From Azonexaceae bacterium (GTDB lineage: Bacteria > Pseudomonadota > Gammaproteobacteria > Burkholderiales > Rhodocyclaceae), in the NCBI GenBank assembly GCA_009469675.1, contig SSSZ01000048.1:10570-74569 (forward strand): 64,000 nucleotides of DNA. Reading direction: 5' to 3'. Position 1 is the first letter of the stretch. Every line of letters starts with the position of its first letter. The notes under the pieces are model-generated. The model had not been told where the DNA came from. It saw only the letters and a program-made list of their open reading frames with translations, and did not search any database. A program made the position numbers and the translations under genes. Shown here piece after piece: positions 9,820-20,545 of this stretch.

Positions 9820-12573
9820 ATGGTCCGCCACGACGACAAGGACGAACCCCTGCGGGCCAACATCCGCCTGCTCGGCCGTATTCTCGGCGACACCGTGCGC
9901 CAGCAGGATGGTGAGGCCGTTTTCGCCATCGTCGAGGGGGTGCGGCAGACCGCCGTACGGTTTGCCCGCCACGGCGACCCCGCGGCCCGGGCGGAACTGG
10001 CGGCCCTCCTCGACCCCCTGCCGCGGGATACCACCCAGGCCGTGGTCCGGGCCTTCAGCTATTTTCTCCAGCTCGCCAACATCGCCGAGGACCAGCACCA
10101 CATCCGGCGGCGCCGCGCCCACGACCTGGCCCACTCCCCGCCCCGGGAAGGCAGCCTGGACTACGCCCTGGAGCGCCTCGCCGAAGCCGGGGTCGATGCC
10201 GAAGCGGTGGCCGACTTTTTCGCCCACGCCCTCATCTCGCCGGTCCTCACCGCCCACCCCACCGAGGTGCAGCGCCAGAGCATGCTGCAGAACCAGCGGG
10301 AAATCGAGCGCCTGCTCGACCAGCGGGACCGCCAGCAGCTCACCCCGGAGGAGCAGGCGGAAAACGACACCGGCCTCTACCGCTCGGTCCTCACCCTGTG
10401 GCAGACCCGCATGCTGCGCCCGATCCGCCTCAAGGTCATCGACGAGGTCAAAAACGGCATCGGCTATTTCGCCAGCACCTTCTTCGCCGAACTGCCCAAG
10501 CTCTACATCGAGGCCAGCGACCGCCTGCAAGCCGCCTATCCCGGCCGGCCCTGGGCGCTGCCGCCCTTCCTGCGGGTGGGGAGCTGGATCGGCGGCGACC
10601 GGGACGGCAACCCCTTCGTCACCGCCGACATCCTGAAGGAAGCCCTGCGCCTCCAGTCGTCGGCCGTCCTTGACTTTTATCTTGCCGAAATCCACGCCCT
10701 GGGCGGCGAACTCCCCCTTTCCCAGCTGCTCGTGGGCATCACGCCGGAACTCGAAGGCCTTGCCGCGGCCTCCCCCGACAAATCGCCCCAGCGCTCGGAC
10801 GAACCCTACCGCCGCGCCCTGACCGGCATCTACGCCCGGCTCGCCGCGACGGCCCGCCGCCTCGATCGCCTGGAACCCCTGCGCCACGCCGTCGCCGACG
10901 CCGAACCCTATGGGCGTCCCGAGGCCCTGCGCGCCGACCTCAAGGTGCTCGCCGCGTCCCTCAAGCAGAACGGCGGCGCCCTTCTGGCCGGCGGTCGGCT
11001 GCGCCGCCTGGTGCGGGCGGTGCAAGTCTTCGGCTTTCATCTGGCGCCCATCGACCTGCGCCAGAATTCCGACGTCCATGCCCGCACCGTCGCCGAGCTG
11101 CTCGCCGCCGCCGGGCGCTGCCCGGACTACGAGGCCCTCGCCGAACCCGAGCGCATCGCCCTGCTCTGCCACGAACTCGAAACGCCGCGGCCGCTTTATT
11201 CGCCCTACCTCGACTATGGTGACGAAACCCGGGGCGAACTCGCCATCTTCTTTGCCGCCCGGGAACTGCGCCAGCGTTACGGCGCCGCCGCCCTGCCCAA
11301 CTGCATCATCTCCAAGACCGACGGCGTCTCCGACCTTCTCGAAGTCGCCCTGCTCCTCAAGGAATCCGGCCTCCTCCAGCCGGGCGCCGCGCCCCGCCTG
11401 GAAACCAACATCATCCCGCTGTTCGAAACCATCGGCGACCTGCAAAAGGCCGCCGCCACCATGGACGGCCTCTTCCGCCTGCCCGCCTACCGCGCCCTCC
11501 TCGCCACCCGCGGCATGGAACAGGAGGTCATGCTCGGCTATTCCGACAGCAACAAGGACGGCGGCTTTCTCACCTCGGGCTGGGAACTGTACAAGGCGGA
11601 AATCGCCCTCGCCCGCGTCTGCCAGGACCACGGCGTGCGGCTACGCCTCTTCCACGGCCGGGGCGGCTCGGTCGGCCGGGGCGGCGGCCCGAGCTACCAA
11701 GCCATCCTGGCCCAGCCGGCGGGGGCCGTTTCGGGCCAGATCCGGCTGACCGAACAGGGCGAGGTGATCGCCACCAAGTACGGCAATCCCGGCACCGGCC
11801 GCCGCAACCTGGAGGTACTGCTCGCCGCCACCCTCGAGGCCAGCCTCACCGACCACGAAAACCGCGTCGAGCCGGCCGCAGCGTTCCACCCGGTGATGGA
11901 CCGCCTGTCGCAACTGGCATTTGCCGCCTACCGCGGCCTGGTCTATGAAACCGCAGGCTTCAACACGTATTTCCGGCAATCCACCGTGGTTTCCGAAATC
12001 GCCACCCTCAACATCGGCAGCCGCCCGGCTTCGCGCAAGGCCTCGGACCGCATCGAAGACCTCCGCGCCATTCCCTGGGTCTTCAGCTGGGCTCAATGCC
12101 GGCTCATGCTGCCCGGCTGGTACGGCTTCGGCTCCGCCGTAGACGCCTGGCTGGGCGAAAACCCCGACGGCCTCGCCGTGCTGCGCCGCATGTTCCGGGC
12201 CTGGCCCTTCTTCCGCACCCTGATGTCGAACATGGACATGGTGCTCGCCAAGTCCGACCTCGCCATCGCTTCCCGCTACGCCGAACTGGTCCAGGACGAA
12301 AGCCTGCGCACCGCCGTCTTCGGCCGCATCCGCGCCGAATGGGAACGAACCCGGCGCCACCTGCTGGCCATCGAGGAGCAGGACGATTTCCTCTCCGACA
12401 ATCCGCTCCTCAAGCGTTCCATCGCCCAGCGCTTTCCCTACATGGACCCTCTCAACCACCTGCAGGTCGAACTGCTGCGCCGCTACCGCGGCGGCGAAAC
12501 CGACGAGCGGGTGGCCCGCGGCATCCACCTCACCATCAACGGCATCGCCGCCGGGCTAAGGAACAGCGGCTGA
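9820..12573 (+). CDS. ppc: phosphoenolpyruvate carboxylase
   Basis: ORF track frame 9466..12573. Start at ATG 9820 ([26 protein letters not shown]...). Motifs [16 protein letters not shown] and [14 protein letters not shown], with the C-terminal ...[12 protein letters not shown] typical of Ppc. Confidence 0.95.
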   Translation: MVRHDDKDEPLRANIRLLGRILGDTVRQQDGEAVFAIVEGVRQTAVRFARHGDPAARAELAALLDPLPRDTTQAVVRAFSYFLQLANIAEDQHHIRRRRAHDLAHSPPREGSLDYALERLAEAGVDAEAVADFFAHALISPVLTAHPTEVQRQSMLQNQREIERLLDQRDRQQLTPEEQAENDTGLYRSVLTLWQTRMLRPIRLKVIDEVKNGIGYFASTFFAELPKLYIEASDRLQAAYPGRPWALPPFLRVGSWIGGDRDGNPFVTADILKEALRLQSSAVLDFYLAEIHALGGELPLSQLLVGITPELEGLAAASPDKSPQRSDEPYRRALTGIYARLAATARRLDRLEPLRHAVADAEPYGRPEALRADLKVLAASLKQNGGALLAGGRLRRLVRAVQVFGFHLAPIDLRQNSDVHARTVAELLAAAGRCPDYEALAEPERIALLCHELETPRPLYSPYLDYGDETRGELAIFFAARELRQRYGAAALPNCIISKTDGVSDLLEVALLLKESGLLQPGAAPRLETNIIPLFETIGDLQKAAATMDGLFRLPAYRALLATRGMEQEVMLGYSDSNKDGGFLTSGWELYKAEIALARVCQDHGVRLRLFHGRGGSVGRGGGPSYQAILAQPAGAVSGQIRLTEQGEVIATKYGNPGTGRRNLEVLLAATLEASLTDHENRVEPAAAFHPVMDRLSQLAFAAYRGLVYETAGFNTYFRQSTVVSEIATLNIGSRPASRKASDRIEDLRAIPWVFSWAQCRLMLPGWYGFGSAVDAWLGENPDGLAVLRRMFRAWPFFRTLMSNMDMVLAKSDLAIASRYAELVQDESLRTAVFGRIRAEWERTRRHLLAIEEQDDFLSDNPLLKRSIAQRFPYMDPLNHLQVELLRRYRGGETDERVARGIHLTINGIAAGLRNSG

Positions 12574-12597
12574 TACCGACTCGCTTGCAAATCGGGA

Positions 12598-12675
12598 CGC
12601 GAAGACGAGCCGAAAACAGTGCTGGAGGACGGCCAGGCGCAGTCGACAAAGACCGGTTTGGCAGCGAATGGGTAG
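12598..12675. repeat. dispersed intergenic repeat, copy A (related to 34669-34748)
   Basis: GCGAAGACGAGCCGAAAACAGTGCT...AGTCGACAAAGACCGGTTTGGCAGCGAAT aligns by eye with GCGAGGACGAGCCGAAGACAGTGCT...AGTCGACAAGGTATCGGCTTGGAAGCGAAT downstream of glnD. Confidence 0.7.
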
Positions 12676-12779
12676 GAGGGCCGCAGCCGCCGGGTGGCGT
12701 GCATCCACGCGGCGGTCATAAGCCCCTCGATGCGGCGCCCCAAAGTCCCGTAGAATTGGCACTGCGAACCCGGCCCCGC

Positions 12780-13469
12780 ATGTTCCAAACCGGGCCGATG
12801 CCACCTCGGAGCCGCCCATTGCCCCAGATGAACCCCCTGCCTGATTCCCCGGGATCCCGCCGCTTCAACGGCGCCCCGGCGGCCGCCGCCGCCCTGGCCC
12901 TGATCCTGGGGGCCGCCGCCTGCGACCGCCAGCCCTCGGCCCCAATCACGCCGCCGGCCGCGTCGTCGCCCCAGGCGGCAGCCCTCCCCGCCCAGCCGCC
13001 CCTCTCCGTCGCCGCCATGCAGGGCGATCTGGCCGAGGTCAAGAAATTGCTCGACGGCGGCGCCGACGTCAATGCCGCCGACGTCCTTGGCCGCACGCCG
13101 CTCCACACCGCCGCCTTCCATGCCCGCCAGAAGACCAGCCTGCTCCTCATCGGCCGCGGCGCCAACCTGGAAGCCCGCGACCGCGTCGGCATGACGCCCA
13201 TCCATGCGGCGGTCCTGGCCGGCAGCCTGGCCGAAACCGAACTCCTCATCACCATGGGCGCCGACGTCAAGGCCGGCGCCGACGGCAAGACCACGGCGCT
13301 GCACCTGGCGGCGGCCACCGGCCAGCCCGACCTAGCGAAACTCCTCATGCAGCACGGCGCCGACCCCAAAGCCAAAGACACCGCCGGCAATCCGCCCCAG
13401 TTCTACGCCACGCGCAACCAGCACCCGGCCACGGCCAGTGTGCTCCAGGATGTCCCCGGGAAAAAATAG
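12780..13469 (+). CDS. ankyrin-repeat lipoprotein (start uncertain: ATG 12780, 12798 or 12828)
   Basis: ORF track frame 12096..13469. Signal/lipobox-like ALALILGAAAC, followed by about 4 ANK repeats (GRTPLHTAAFHARQKTSLLLIGRGANLEARD, GMTPIHAAVLAGSLAETELLITMGADVKA, GKTALHLAAATGQPDLAKLLMQHGADPKAKD). Confidence 0.8.
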   Translation: MFQTGPMPPRSRPLPQMNPLPDSPGSRRFNGAPAAAAALALILGAAACDRQPSAPITPPAASSPQAAALPAQPPLSVAAMQGDLAEVKKLLDGGADVNAADVLGRTPLHTAAFHARQKTSLLLIGRGANLEARDRVGMTPIHAAVLAGSLAETELLITMGADVKAGADGKTTALHLAAATGQPDLAKLLMQHGADPKAKDTAGNPPQFYATRNQHPATASVLQDVPGKK

Positions 13470-13493
13470 GTGCTGCCCGTTTCCGAAAACTCC

Positions 13494-14306
13494 ATGACCA
13501 TCAAACGCACCATCTTCTACGTTTCCGACGGCACCGGCCTGACCGCCGAAGCCCTGGGCCACAGTCTGCTGACCCAGTTCGAGGACGTCGAATTCACCCA
13601 GGTCCGCATTCCTTTCCTCGACGACAAGGCCAAGGCGCTGGATGCGGTGGAGCGCATCAACGCCACCGGCGAGGCGGACGGCCTACGACCCATCGTCTTC
13701 ACCACCCTGGTCGATCAGGAACTGGCGGCCATTGTCCATGAGGCGGATGCCTACAGCCTTTCCTTCTTCGAAACCTTCCTGGCGCCGCTGGAGGCCGAAC
13801 TAGGGGTCAAATCCAGCCACACCGTGGGCCGCTCCCACGGTTCGGCCGACAGCTCGGATTACAAGAACCGGATCGAGGCCATCAACTACACCCTGGCCCA
13901 CGACGACGGCATCACCGACCGCGATCTGGAACAGGCCGACGTGGTGTTGGTGGCCGTTTCGCGCTGCGGCAAGACGCCGACTTCCCTCTACCTGGCGATG
14001 CAGTTCGGGCTGAAGGCGGCGAATTTTCCGCTCATCCCCGAGGATTTCGAGCGCGGCCGCCTGCCCGGCACCTTGAACCGGCACCGCAGCAAGCTTTTCG
14101 GCCTGACCATCCAGCCCGAACGGCTGGCCAACATCCGTGAGGAGCGCCGCGCCGGCAGCAAGTATGCCTCCCTCGCCAATTGCCGCTACGAAGTGGCCGA
14201 GGCGGAAAAGATGATGCGCCGCGAGGGCATCCGCTGGCTCGATTCATCCACCAAGTCGATCGAAGAAATCGCCACCACCATCCTGCAGGAACTCAAGCTG
14301 CGCTGA
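13494..14306 (+). CDS. ppsR: PEP synthase regulatory protein (bifunctional kinase/pyrophosphorylase, DUF299)
   Basis: ORF track 13470..14306, with the internal ATG at 13494 ([19 protein letters not shown]...). P-loop-like [16 protein letters not shown]. Confidence 0.9.
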   Translation: MTIKRTIFYVSDGTGLTAEALGHSLLTQFEDVEFTQVRIPFLDDKAKALDAVERINATGEADGLRPIVFTTLVDQELAAIVHEADAYSLSFFETFLAPLEAELGVKSSHTVGRSHGSADSSDYKNRIEAINYTLAHDDGITDRDLEQADVVLVAVSRCGKTPTSLYLAMQFGLKAANFPLIPEDFERGRLPGTLNRHRSKLFGLTIQPERLANIREERRAGSKYASLANCRYEVAEAEKMMRREGIRWLDSSTKSIEEIATTILQELKLR

Positions 14307-14348
14307 GCTTACCCTGCGCCTTTGCCCACCCCGACCGCCGGATTTGCC

Positions 14349-14813
14349 ATGTCCTTTCCCGATCCCACCCGCTACCTCGACGACCTCACCCCGGGCGACC
14401 GCCTGTTGACCGGCGGCGTCACCCTGACCGAAGCCGAAATCATCGATTTCGCCCTGCGCTACGACCCCCAGTCCTTCCATCTCGATTCCCAGAAGGCAGC
14501 CCAATCCCTCTACGGCGGGCTGATCGCCAGCGGCTTCCAGTCCCTGGCACTGTGTTTCCGGCTTTTCATCCAGAGCGGCTGGCTGGCCGGGTCGAGCATG
14601 GGGTCGCCGGGTATCGACGAACTGCGCTGGCTGGCGCCGGTGCGGCCGGGGGATACCCTGTACAGCGAAATCGAGGTGCTCGAAGCCCGCCCCTCCGCCA
14701 CCAAGCCGGATCGCGGCATCGCCCGCCTGCGTTACCGGGCGATCAACCAGCACGGCGAAGCGGTGCTCTCCTTCGTGGTGATTCACCTCCTGCGGCGGCG
14801 CCCGGCGGAGTGA
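14349..14813 (+). CDS. MaoC-like (R)-hydratase / hotdog-fold dehydratase
   Basis: ORF track 14322..14813. Motifs DPQSFHLD, GGLIASGFQ and PGDTL are typical of MaoC_dehydratas domains. Start is ATG 14349 or TTG 14322. Confidence 0.75.
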   Translation: MSFPDPTRYLDDLTPGDRLLTGGVTLTEAEIIDFALRYDPQSFHLDSQKAAQSLYGGLIASGFQSLALCFRLFIQSGWLAGSSMGSPGIDELRWLAPVRPGDTLYSEIEVLEARPSATKPDRGIARLRYRAINQHGEAVLSFVVIHLLRRRPAE

Positions 14814-14814
14814 A

Positions 14815-15591
14815 TTAGCCGCCCCGCCGGCGCAGCGTCTCAAAGAGGCAGATCGCCGCGGCGGCGCCGACGTTGAGGGATTCCACCCGCCCGGGCATGG
14901 GAATGCGGATTTTCAACCTGGCCTGGGCCAACACGGCGGGCCGCACGCCCTGCCCTTCCGAACCGAAAACCCAGGCCACCGGCCCGGCCAGGGGCGCCGC
15001 GTAGAGCGATAGCGCATCGGCCAGCGTCGTGGCGGCGGAGGTACCGCGGTAAGCCGCCAAAAAACCCGGCAGATCGGCGTTTTCGTGGATGGTGGCGGCG
15101 AAATGGGCGCCCTGCCCGGCCCGCAGCACCTTGGGCGACCAGGCGCCGGCGCAGTCGGCGGAAAGCAGGATTTGACCGAAGCCGGCGGCGGCGGCCGTAC
15201 GGATCAGCGTGCCGACGTTGCCCGGATCCTGGAGGCCGTCGAGCAGGACGCTGTCGCGTTCGGGGTCCGGCCCGCCGGCCGGCGCCGGAATGGGCGCCAG
15301 GGCAAGGATGCCGCTGGGGTTGTCGACCAGGCCGAGGCTGCGCAAGAGGCTGTCGGGCAGGCAAACCGCCTCCCGCCCGGCGAGAAAGGCGGCAATTTCC
15401 TCCTGGCCGGCCCCGGTTTCGCTCACCACCAGGGTTTCCACCGGCCCGCCCAGCCCTTCGTAGGCGGTGATGAGATGCATGCCGTCAAGGAGCGTCCGCC
15501 CTTCCCTCTGGCGCTCCCGGGCCGACTCGGCGAGACGCCGGAGGCGCTTGACGAGAGGGTTGTCGCGGGAGTGGACGGATTTTAGAGCCAT
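14815..15591 (-). CDS. TrmH/SpoU-family RNA 2'-O-methyltransferase
   Basis: C-terminal 258 aa of ORF 14815..16257, starting at [17 protein letters not shown]. SpoU motifs LDGLQDPGNVGTLIRTAAAAG, VFGSEGQGV and IPMPGRVESLNVGAAAAICLFE. The upstream part of the listed ORF is Arg/Pro-rich and not credible. Confidence 0.88.
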   Translation of the reverse strand: MALKSVHSRDNPLVKRLRRLAESARERQREGRTLLDGMHLITAYEGLGGPVETLVVSETGAGQEEIAAFLAGREAVCLPDSLLRSLGLVDNPSGILALAPIPAPAGGPDPERDSVLLDGLQDPGNVGTLIRTAAAAGFGQILLSADCAGAWSPKVLRAGQGAHFAATIHENADLPGFLAAYRGTSAATTLADALSLYAAPLAGPVAWVFGSEGQGVRPAVLAQARLKIRIPMPGRVESLNVGAAAAICLFETLRRRGG

Positions 15592-16040
15592 CGCCCGAGG
15601 GTGGCGACGGCAATGGTGACGAAGCCGACGATGAGGTTGAATCCCACCAGCTTGCGGATGCTGCCCAGGGCGTTGCCCCCGGCCGGCCAGTTGGAGGCCG
15701 CCACGGCCTCGCCAAGGAGCCGGAAGGGCACGGCGACGATGCCGGCGTACACCGCGGTCATCACCAGCCCCAGGGCGAACATGACGTGCCAGTGGAGGGG
15801 CGCCTGGGCGAAGCCGGCACGGGCGAGCATGACCACGCCGGAAACCAGGATGAACGCCACCGCCACCCCGACCAGGGGAAAAAAGCGGTCGAAGACCCGC
15901 TTCCAGAGCTTGAGCCGGAAGGGCGGCTCGAGGACGTCGACGGCGGCGGGCCGCAGGCAGGTGTAGGCGAAGAACATGCCCCCCACCCAGACGACAACCC
16001 CGGAAACATGAAGAAAGACAAGCAGCGGCGTGAAGTTCAT
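15582..16040 (-). CDS. small integral membrane protein, about 4 TM helices, unknown function
   Basis: C-terminal 152 aa of ORF 15582..16799, from ATG 16040 ([24 protein letters not shown]...). It overlaps the rnhB stop by 4 nt and the trmH-like start by 10 nt. It is hydrophobic throughout. Confidence 0.7.
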   Translation of the reverse strand: MNFTPLLVFLHVSGVVVWVGGMFFAYTCLRPAAVDVLEPPFRLKLWKRVFDRFFPLVGVAVAFILVSGVVMLARAGFAQAPLHWHVMFALGLVMTAVYAGIVAVPFRLLGEAVAASNWPAGGNALGSIRKLVGFNLIVGFVTIAVATLGRWL

Positions 16041-16630
16041 GAGGTATTCTCCAAGAGGTTTTTGACCGGCCCGTAGCTCTTCCGGTGGATCGGCGAAACG
16101 CCGTGCTGGCCCAGGGCCTTGAGGTGCACCGCCGTAGGGTAGCCCTGGTGGCGGTCGAAACCGTACTGCGGATAAAGCCCGTGCAGGCGCAGCATTTCCC
16201 CGTCGCGGCTGGTCTTGGCAAGGATCGAGGCGGCGGCGATGGGGGCGATGCTGCCATCTCCTTTGACGACGGCCTGGACGGCGCAGTTCAACCGCGGGCA
16301 GACGTTGCCGTCGACCAGCGCCGCCTGGGCCGGCACGCCGAGCCGCTCCACCGCCCGCCCCATGGCAAGAAGCGTCGCCTGCAGGATGTTGAGGGTGTCG
16401 ATTTCCTCGACCGTGGCCCAGGCGATGCCCCAGGCGACGGCCTCGGCCTTGATGACCGCCGCCAGCGCCTCGCGCTTTCTTGCGGAAAGTTTCTTGGAAT
16501 CGTCGAGGCCGGCGATGGGCCGCGCCCCATCGAGAATCACCGCCGCCGCCACGACCGGCCCGGCCAGGGGGCCGCGACCGGCTTCGTCGATGCCGCAGAC
16601 GAAACCGGACGGGTAGATCAGTTGAGGCAT
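16037..16630 (-). CDS. rnhB: ribonuclease HII
   Basis: C-terminal 197 aa of ORF 16037..17611, from [31 protein letters not shown]. It contains DDSKKL and the GYPT motif. Confidence 0.93.
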   Translation of the reverse strand: MPQLIYPSGFVCGIDEAGRGPLAGPVVAAAVILDGARPIAGLDDSKKLSARKREALAAVIKAEAVAWGIAWATVEEIDTLNILQATLLAMGRAVERLGVPAQAALVDGNVCPRLNCAVQAVVKGDGSIAPIAAASILAKTSRDGEMLRLHGLYPQYGFDRHQGYPTAVHLKALGQHGVSPIHRKSYGPVKNLLENTS

Positions 16631-17775
16631 TCGATAACGGCGTCGGCCGCCTTTTGCGCCGTGTTCTGGCGCAATTGGAGGTGGATGTCGGTGAATACCT
16701 CTTCCAGCTCGGCGGCGCCTGCCTTGTCGGCGTAGAGCTTGACCAGGGCTTCGGCGAGGTTTTCGGCAGTGGCCTCGTCCTGGAGGATTTCCGGCACAAC
16801 GAAGCGCCCGGCCAGGATGTTGGGCAGGCCGACGTAGGGCTGGTAGCCCATGCGCTTCATCAGCCAGTAGGAACCCCGGGCCATCTTGTAGGTGACGACC
16901 AGGGGCCGCTTGATGAGGGCCGCTTCGAGGGTCGCGGTGCCGCTCGCGACGAGGGACACGTCGGCGGCACCGAGGGCGTCCTGGGCGTGCCCGAAGAGCA
17001 GGCGGAAGGGTACGTCGGCTGCCCCTTGGTCGTAGATGGCCTGCTCGAACATGAGCCGGGTTTCCCGCGTCGCCAGGGGGACGACGAAGATCGCCTGGGG
17101 CAGGTGCCGCTCCCGGATGAGCTTGGCCGTCTGGACGAACGTGGCGGCCATGTACTGCAGTTCGGACTGGCGCGAACCCGGCAGAAGGGCGAAGATCGGC
17201 ACCGCCGCCGGCAGGCCGAGGCGTTCCCGCACCGCCAGGCGGTCGGTGGTGAGGGGGATGGTGTCGGCCATGGGATGGCCGACGTAGGCCACCGGGATGC
17301 CTTCCTTCTGATAGAGCGGCGGCTCCATGGGAAAAAGCGCCAGCACCTTGGAGACGGCGCGCTGCATCTTCTTGATGCGCCCGCCCCGCCAGGCCCAGAT
17401 CGACGGGCTGACGTAATGGATGGTACGAATGCCCCGGGCCTTGAGGTCGGTTTCCAGCCCCAGGTTGAAATCCGGTGCGTCGACGCCGATAAAGACGTCG
17501 GGCCGATCCTGGAGGAGCCGCTTCTTGAGCTGGCGGCGAATGCCGGCGATCTCGCGGTAATGCTTCAAGACCTCGACGTAGCCCCGTACCGCCAGAGTTT
17601 CGGCCGGCCACCAGGCGTCGAAGCCGCGGCCTTCCATGCGTGGCCCGCCGATGCCGAAGAAGCGGGCGCCGGGCAGGCGTTCCTTGAGGGCGTCCATCAA
17701 ATGGCTCGCCAGCAAATCCCCCGAGGCCTCACCCGCCACCATGGCGATGCGGACCTCCCTTGCCCCGTCCTTCAT
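16618..17775 (-). CDS. lpxB: lipid-A-disaccharide synthase
   Basis: ORF track 385 aa. [18 protein letters not shown]..., [17 protein letters not shown]. Confidence 0.95.
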   Translation of the reverse strand: MKDGAREVRIAMVAGEASGDLLASHLMDALKERLPGARFFGIGGPRMEGRGFDAWWPAETLAVRGYVEVLKHYREIAGIRRQLKKRLLQDRPDVFIGVDAPDFNLGLETDLKARGIRTIHYVSPSIWAWRGGRIKKMQRAVSKVLALFPMEPPLYQKEGIPVAYVGHPMADTIPLTTDRLAVRERLGLPAAVPIFALLPGSRQSELQYMAATFVQTAKLIRERHLPQAIFVVPLATRETRLMFEQAIYDQGAADVPFRLLFGHAQDALGAADVSLVASGTATLEAALIKRPLVVTYKMARGSYWLMKRMGYQPYVGLPNILAGRFVVPEILQDEATAENLAEALVKLYADKAGAAELEEVFTDIHLQLRQNTAQKAADAVIECLN

Positions 17776-18542
17776 CGAATGATGCCGCGCTTTGAAATAT
17801 TGAGAAAATCAACCAGCAGTTGCACATCGGGCTGCAGCTTGGCGTCTTCCACCAGCTTGGCCCTGGCTTCGTCCAGCATCAGGCCGGATTTGTAAAGGGT
17901 GCGGTAGGCGCGCTTCAGGGCGGTGATGGCGTCGGCGGAAAAACCGCGCCGCTTCAGGCCTTCGCTGTTGATGCCGTAGGGCTGGGCGGTGTTGCCGGCG
18001 GCCATCAGGTAGGGCGGCACGTCCTGCAGAACCACCGTGCCCACCGCCGTCATGACGTGGGCGCCGATGCGGCAGAACTGGTGTACGCCGGTGTAGCCGC
18101 CGAGGATGGCCCAGTCGTCGATATGGACGTGGCCGGCCAGTTGGGCGTTGTTGGCGAAGGTGGTGCGGTTGCCGACCTGGCAGTCGTGGGCGATGTGGAC
18201 GTAGGCCATGATCCAGTTGTCGTTGCCGACCCGGGTCACGCCGGCGTCCTGGACCGTCCCCAGATTGAGGGTGCAGTATTCGCGAATGGTGTTGCGGTCG
18301 CCGATTTCCAGCCGGGTGTCTTCGCCGGCGTATTTTTTGTCCTGGGGCACTTCGCCCAGGGAGCAGAACTGGAAGATGCGGTTGTCGCGGCCGATGCGGG
18401 TGTGCCCCTTGATGACGACGTGAGGGCCGACCTCGGTGCCGTCGCCGATTTCCACCTGGGGACCGATGATCGAATAGGGGCCGATACGGACATTGGCCCC
18501 GATCCGCGCCGCCGGATCGACAAGGGCGGTGGCGTGGATCAT
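17772..18542 (-). CDS. lpxA: acyl-ACP--UDP-N-acetylglucosamine O-acyltransferase
   Basis: ORF track 17772..18566, with the internal start [15 protein letters not shown]. Hexapeptide repeats and the C-terminal LpxA domain are present. Confidence 0.93.
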   Translation of the reverse strand: MIHATALVDPAARIGANVRIGPYSIIGPQVEIGDGTEVGPHVVIKGHTRIGRDNRIFQFCSLGEVPQDKKYAGEDTRLEIGDRNTIREYCTLNLGTVQDAGVTRVGNDNWIMAYVHIAHDCQVGNRTTFANNAQLAGHVHIDDWAILGGYTGVHQFCRIGAHVMTAVGTVVLQDVPPYLMAAGNTAQPYGINSEGLKRRGFSADAITALKRAYRTLYKSGLMLDEARAKLVEDAKLQPDVQLLVDFLNISKRGIIR

Positions 18543-18979
18543 GGTTCGATGTCCCGCTTGGCGCACATGAGGACGGCTTCCGCCACGACCTGGCCATCCA
18601 CCTTGGCTTCGGCCTTGTATTTCCAGATGCCGCGCATCTGGCGCAGAATTTCGACGTGCAGGTGCAACTGGTCCCCCGGCATCACCGGCTTCTTGAAGCG
18701 GGCTTCATCGATGCCGACAAAATAGAACACCGAGTTGGGGTCCGGCTTCTCGCCCATGGTCTTGAAGGAGAGTATGCCCGCCGCCTGGGCCAGGGCTTCC
18801 ATGATGAGGACGCCGGGCATCACCGGGTGGTGGGGGAAATGCCCCTGGAAAAAGGGTTCGTTGATGGTGACGTTCTTGTAGGCGTGGATCGACTTGCCGA
18901 CTTCGATGGCGACAACGCGATCGACAAGCAAAAAAGGATAGCGATGGGGAAGGTGTTCAAGGATCTGATGAATGTCCAT
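18539..18979 (-). CDS. fabZ: 3-hydroxyacyl-ACP dehydratase
   Basis: ORF track 146 aa. [13 protein letters not shown] and [23 protein letters not shown]. Confidence 0.96.
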   Translation of the reverse strand: MDIHQILEHLPHRYPFLLVDRVVAIEVGKSIHAYKNVTINEPFFQGHFPHHPVMPGVLIMEALAQAAGILSFKTMGEKPDPNSVFYFVGIDEARFKKPVMPGDQLHLHVEILRQMRGIWKYKAEAKVDGQVVAEAVLMCAKRDIEP

Positions 18980-18983
18980 TTAA

Positions 18984-20030
18984 TCAACTCTCTATATTTA
19001 GTTGTTTAAGTTTTTTCTCAAGTTCTGCCACCCGGGTTTCAAGGCGCGACAGGTGCTTGACCTGGGCCGCGTTGTGCAACCAGCGGTCGTGTTCTTCCAG
19101 GGGAAACAGGGCCGTATATTTACCCGGCCGGGTGATGCTCTTCATGACCATGGAACCCGGGGAGATTTCCGTCCCGGGAGCGATCTCCAGGTGGCCCAAG
19201 ATCATCGCCGCGCCTCCCAGCCGGCAGCCGGCGCCGATCCGCGTACTGCCGGCGATGCCGACGCAGCCGGCGATCACCGCGTGGTCGCCGATGACGCAGT
19301 TGTGGCCGATCTGGATCTGGTTGTCGAGCTTGACCCCATCACCGATCACCGTGTCGTCCAGGGCGCCGCGGTCGATGGAGGTGTTGGCGCCGATTTCGAC
19401 GTCATCGCCGATGACGACCCGGCCGATCTGGGGAATTTTGACCCAGCGCCCCTGGTCCGGGGCAAAACCGAAGCCGTCGGCGCCGATCACCGCGCCGGAA
19501 TGAACGACGGCGTTGCGGCCGATGACGCAGCCCGCATAGACCGTAACGTTGGGATAGAGGATGCTGCCGGCGCCGATCTCAACGCCATCGCCGATGGCGC
19601 AGCCGGCATGGATCTCGACACCGTCGCCGAGAACGACCCGACGCCCGAGGCGGACACCGGCGGCGATACTGGCGCTGGGCGGCACGGCCGACAGGCAGTT
19701 GGCGCCGGCCTCGACGCCCGTCGGCTGGGCCGGACGCGGATTGAGGAGCGCCGCCACGCGGGCGTAGTAGGCGTAGGGGTTGGCGGCGACGATGCGGGGC
19801 CGCCCGGTGGCCTGGGCAAACGCCGGGCCGACGATGACCGCGCCCGCCCGGGTGGTGGCGAGCTGGCCCTTGTATTTGGGATTGCTCAAAAAGGCGATTT
19901 CCGCCGGCCCGGCCGAGGCCAGAGTCGCCACCTGGACGACGCGGGTTTCGGCGGCTCCAAGCACATCGCCGCCCAGGCGGGCGGCGATGTCGAGGAGCGA
20001 ATGGCCGTCGGCGCCGGGCACGGGCATCAC
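18984..20030 (-). CDS. lpxD: UDP-3-O-(3-hydroxyacyl)glucosamine N-acyltransferase
   Basis: ORF track 348 aa. It has the LpxD N-terminal domain (IAFLSNPKY) followed by hexapeptide repeats. Confidence 0.93.
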   Translation of the reverse strand: MMPVPGADGHSLLDIAARLGGDVLGAAETRVVQVATLASAGPAEIAFLSNPKYKGQLATTRAGAVIVGPAFAQATGRPRIVAANPYAYYARVAALLNPRPAQPTGVEAGANCLSAVPPSASIAAGVRLGRRVVLGDGVEIHAGCAIGDGVEIGAGSILYPNVTVYAGCVIGRNAVVHSGAVIGADGFGFAPDQGRWVKIPQIGRVVIGDDVEIGANTSIDRGALDDTVIGDGVKLDNQIQIGHNCVIGDHAVIAGCVGIAGSTRIGAGCRLGGAAMILGHLEIAPGTEISPGSMVMKSITRPGKYTALFPLEEHDRWLHNAAQVKHLSRLETRVAELEKKLKQLNIES

Positions 20031-20533
20031 TTGCCCTCGGACAACGCCTTGATGACCTTGTCGGTGATGTCGAGACGCGGGCTGACCCAGACCACGTCCT
20101 GGAGCACGAGATCGTATTTCTCGGCTTCGGCGATCTGCTTGATCGCCTTGTTGGCCTTTTCGATGACCGCGGCGTTTTCTTCGTTTTGGCGCAGGTTCAG
20201 GTCTTCGCGGAATTCCCGCTGCTTGCGCTGGAATTCCCGCGACAGTTCGCCGAATTCCTTCTCCTTGGCCCGCCGGTCGCCCTCGGACATGGTCACCGAG
20301 TTCTTCTCCAGGTTTTCCTGCATGGTCTGCAGTTGCTTGGCGAGGCGCTGGAGATCCTGGTCGCGCTTGGAGAATTCGCCCTCGAGCTTCTTCGCCGCTT
20401 TGACCGCCGCCGGAGCGTCGCGGAAGATGCGCTGGGTATTGACGTAGCCGACCTTAAGCTGTTCGGCGGCAAGGCTGCCGGAAACGAGGGCGGCGGCCAG
20501 GGTCGCGAGAACTAGGAATTTAGTTTTCAACAT
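20027..20533 (-). CDS. skp: periplasmic chaperone Skp (OmpH)
   Basis: ORF track 168 aa. Signal peptide plus a coiled-coil K/E/Q-rich body. Canonical position between bamA and lpxD. Confidence 0.9.
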   Translation of the reverse strand: MLKTKFLVLATLAAALVSGSLAAEQLKVGYVNTQRIFRDAPAAVKAAKKLEGEFSKRDQDLQRLAKQLQTMQENLEKNSVTMSEGDRRAKEKEFGELSREFQRKQREFREDLNLRQNEENAAVIEKANKAIKQIAEAEKYDLVLQDVVWVSPRLDITDKVIKALSEGK

Positions 20534-20545
20534 GTTGCTCCTGAA

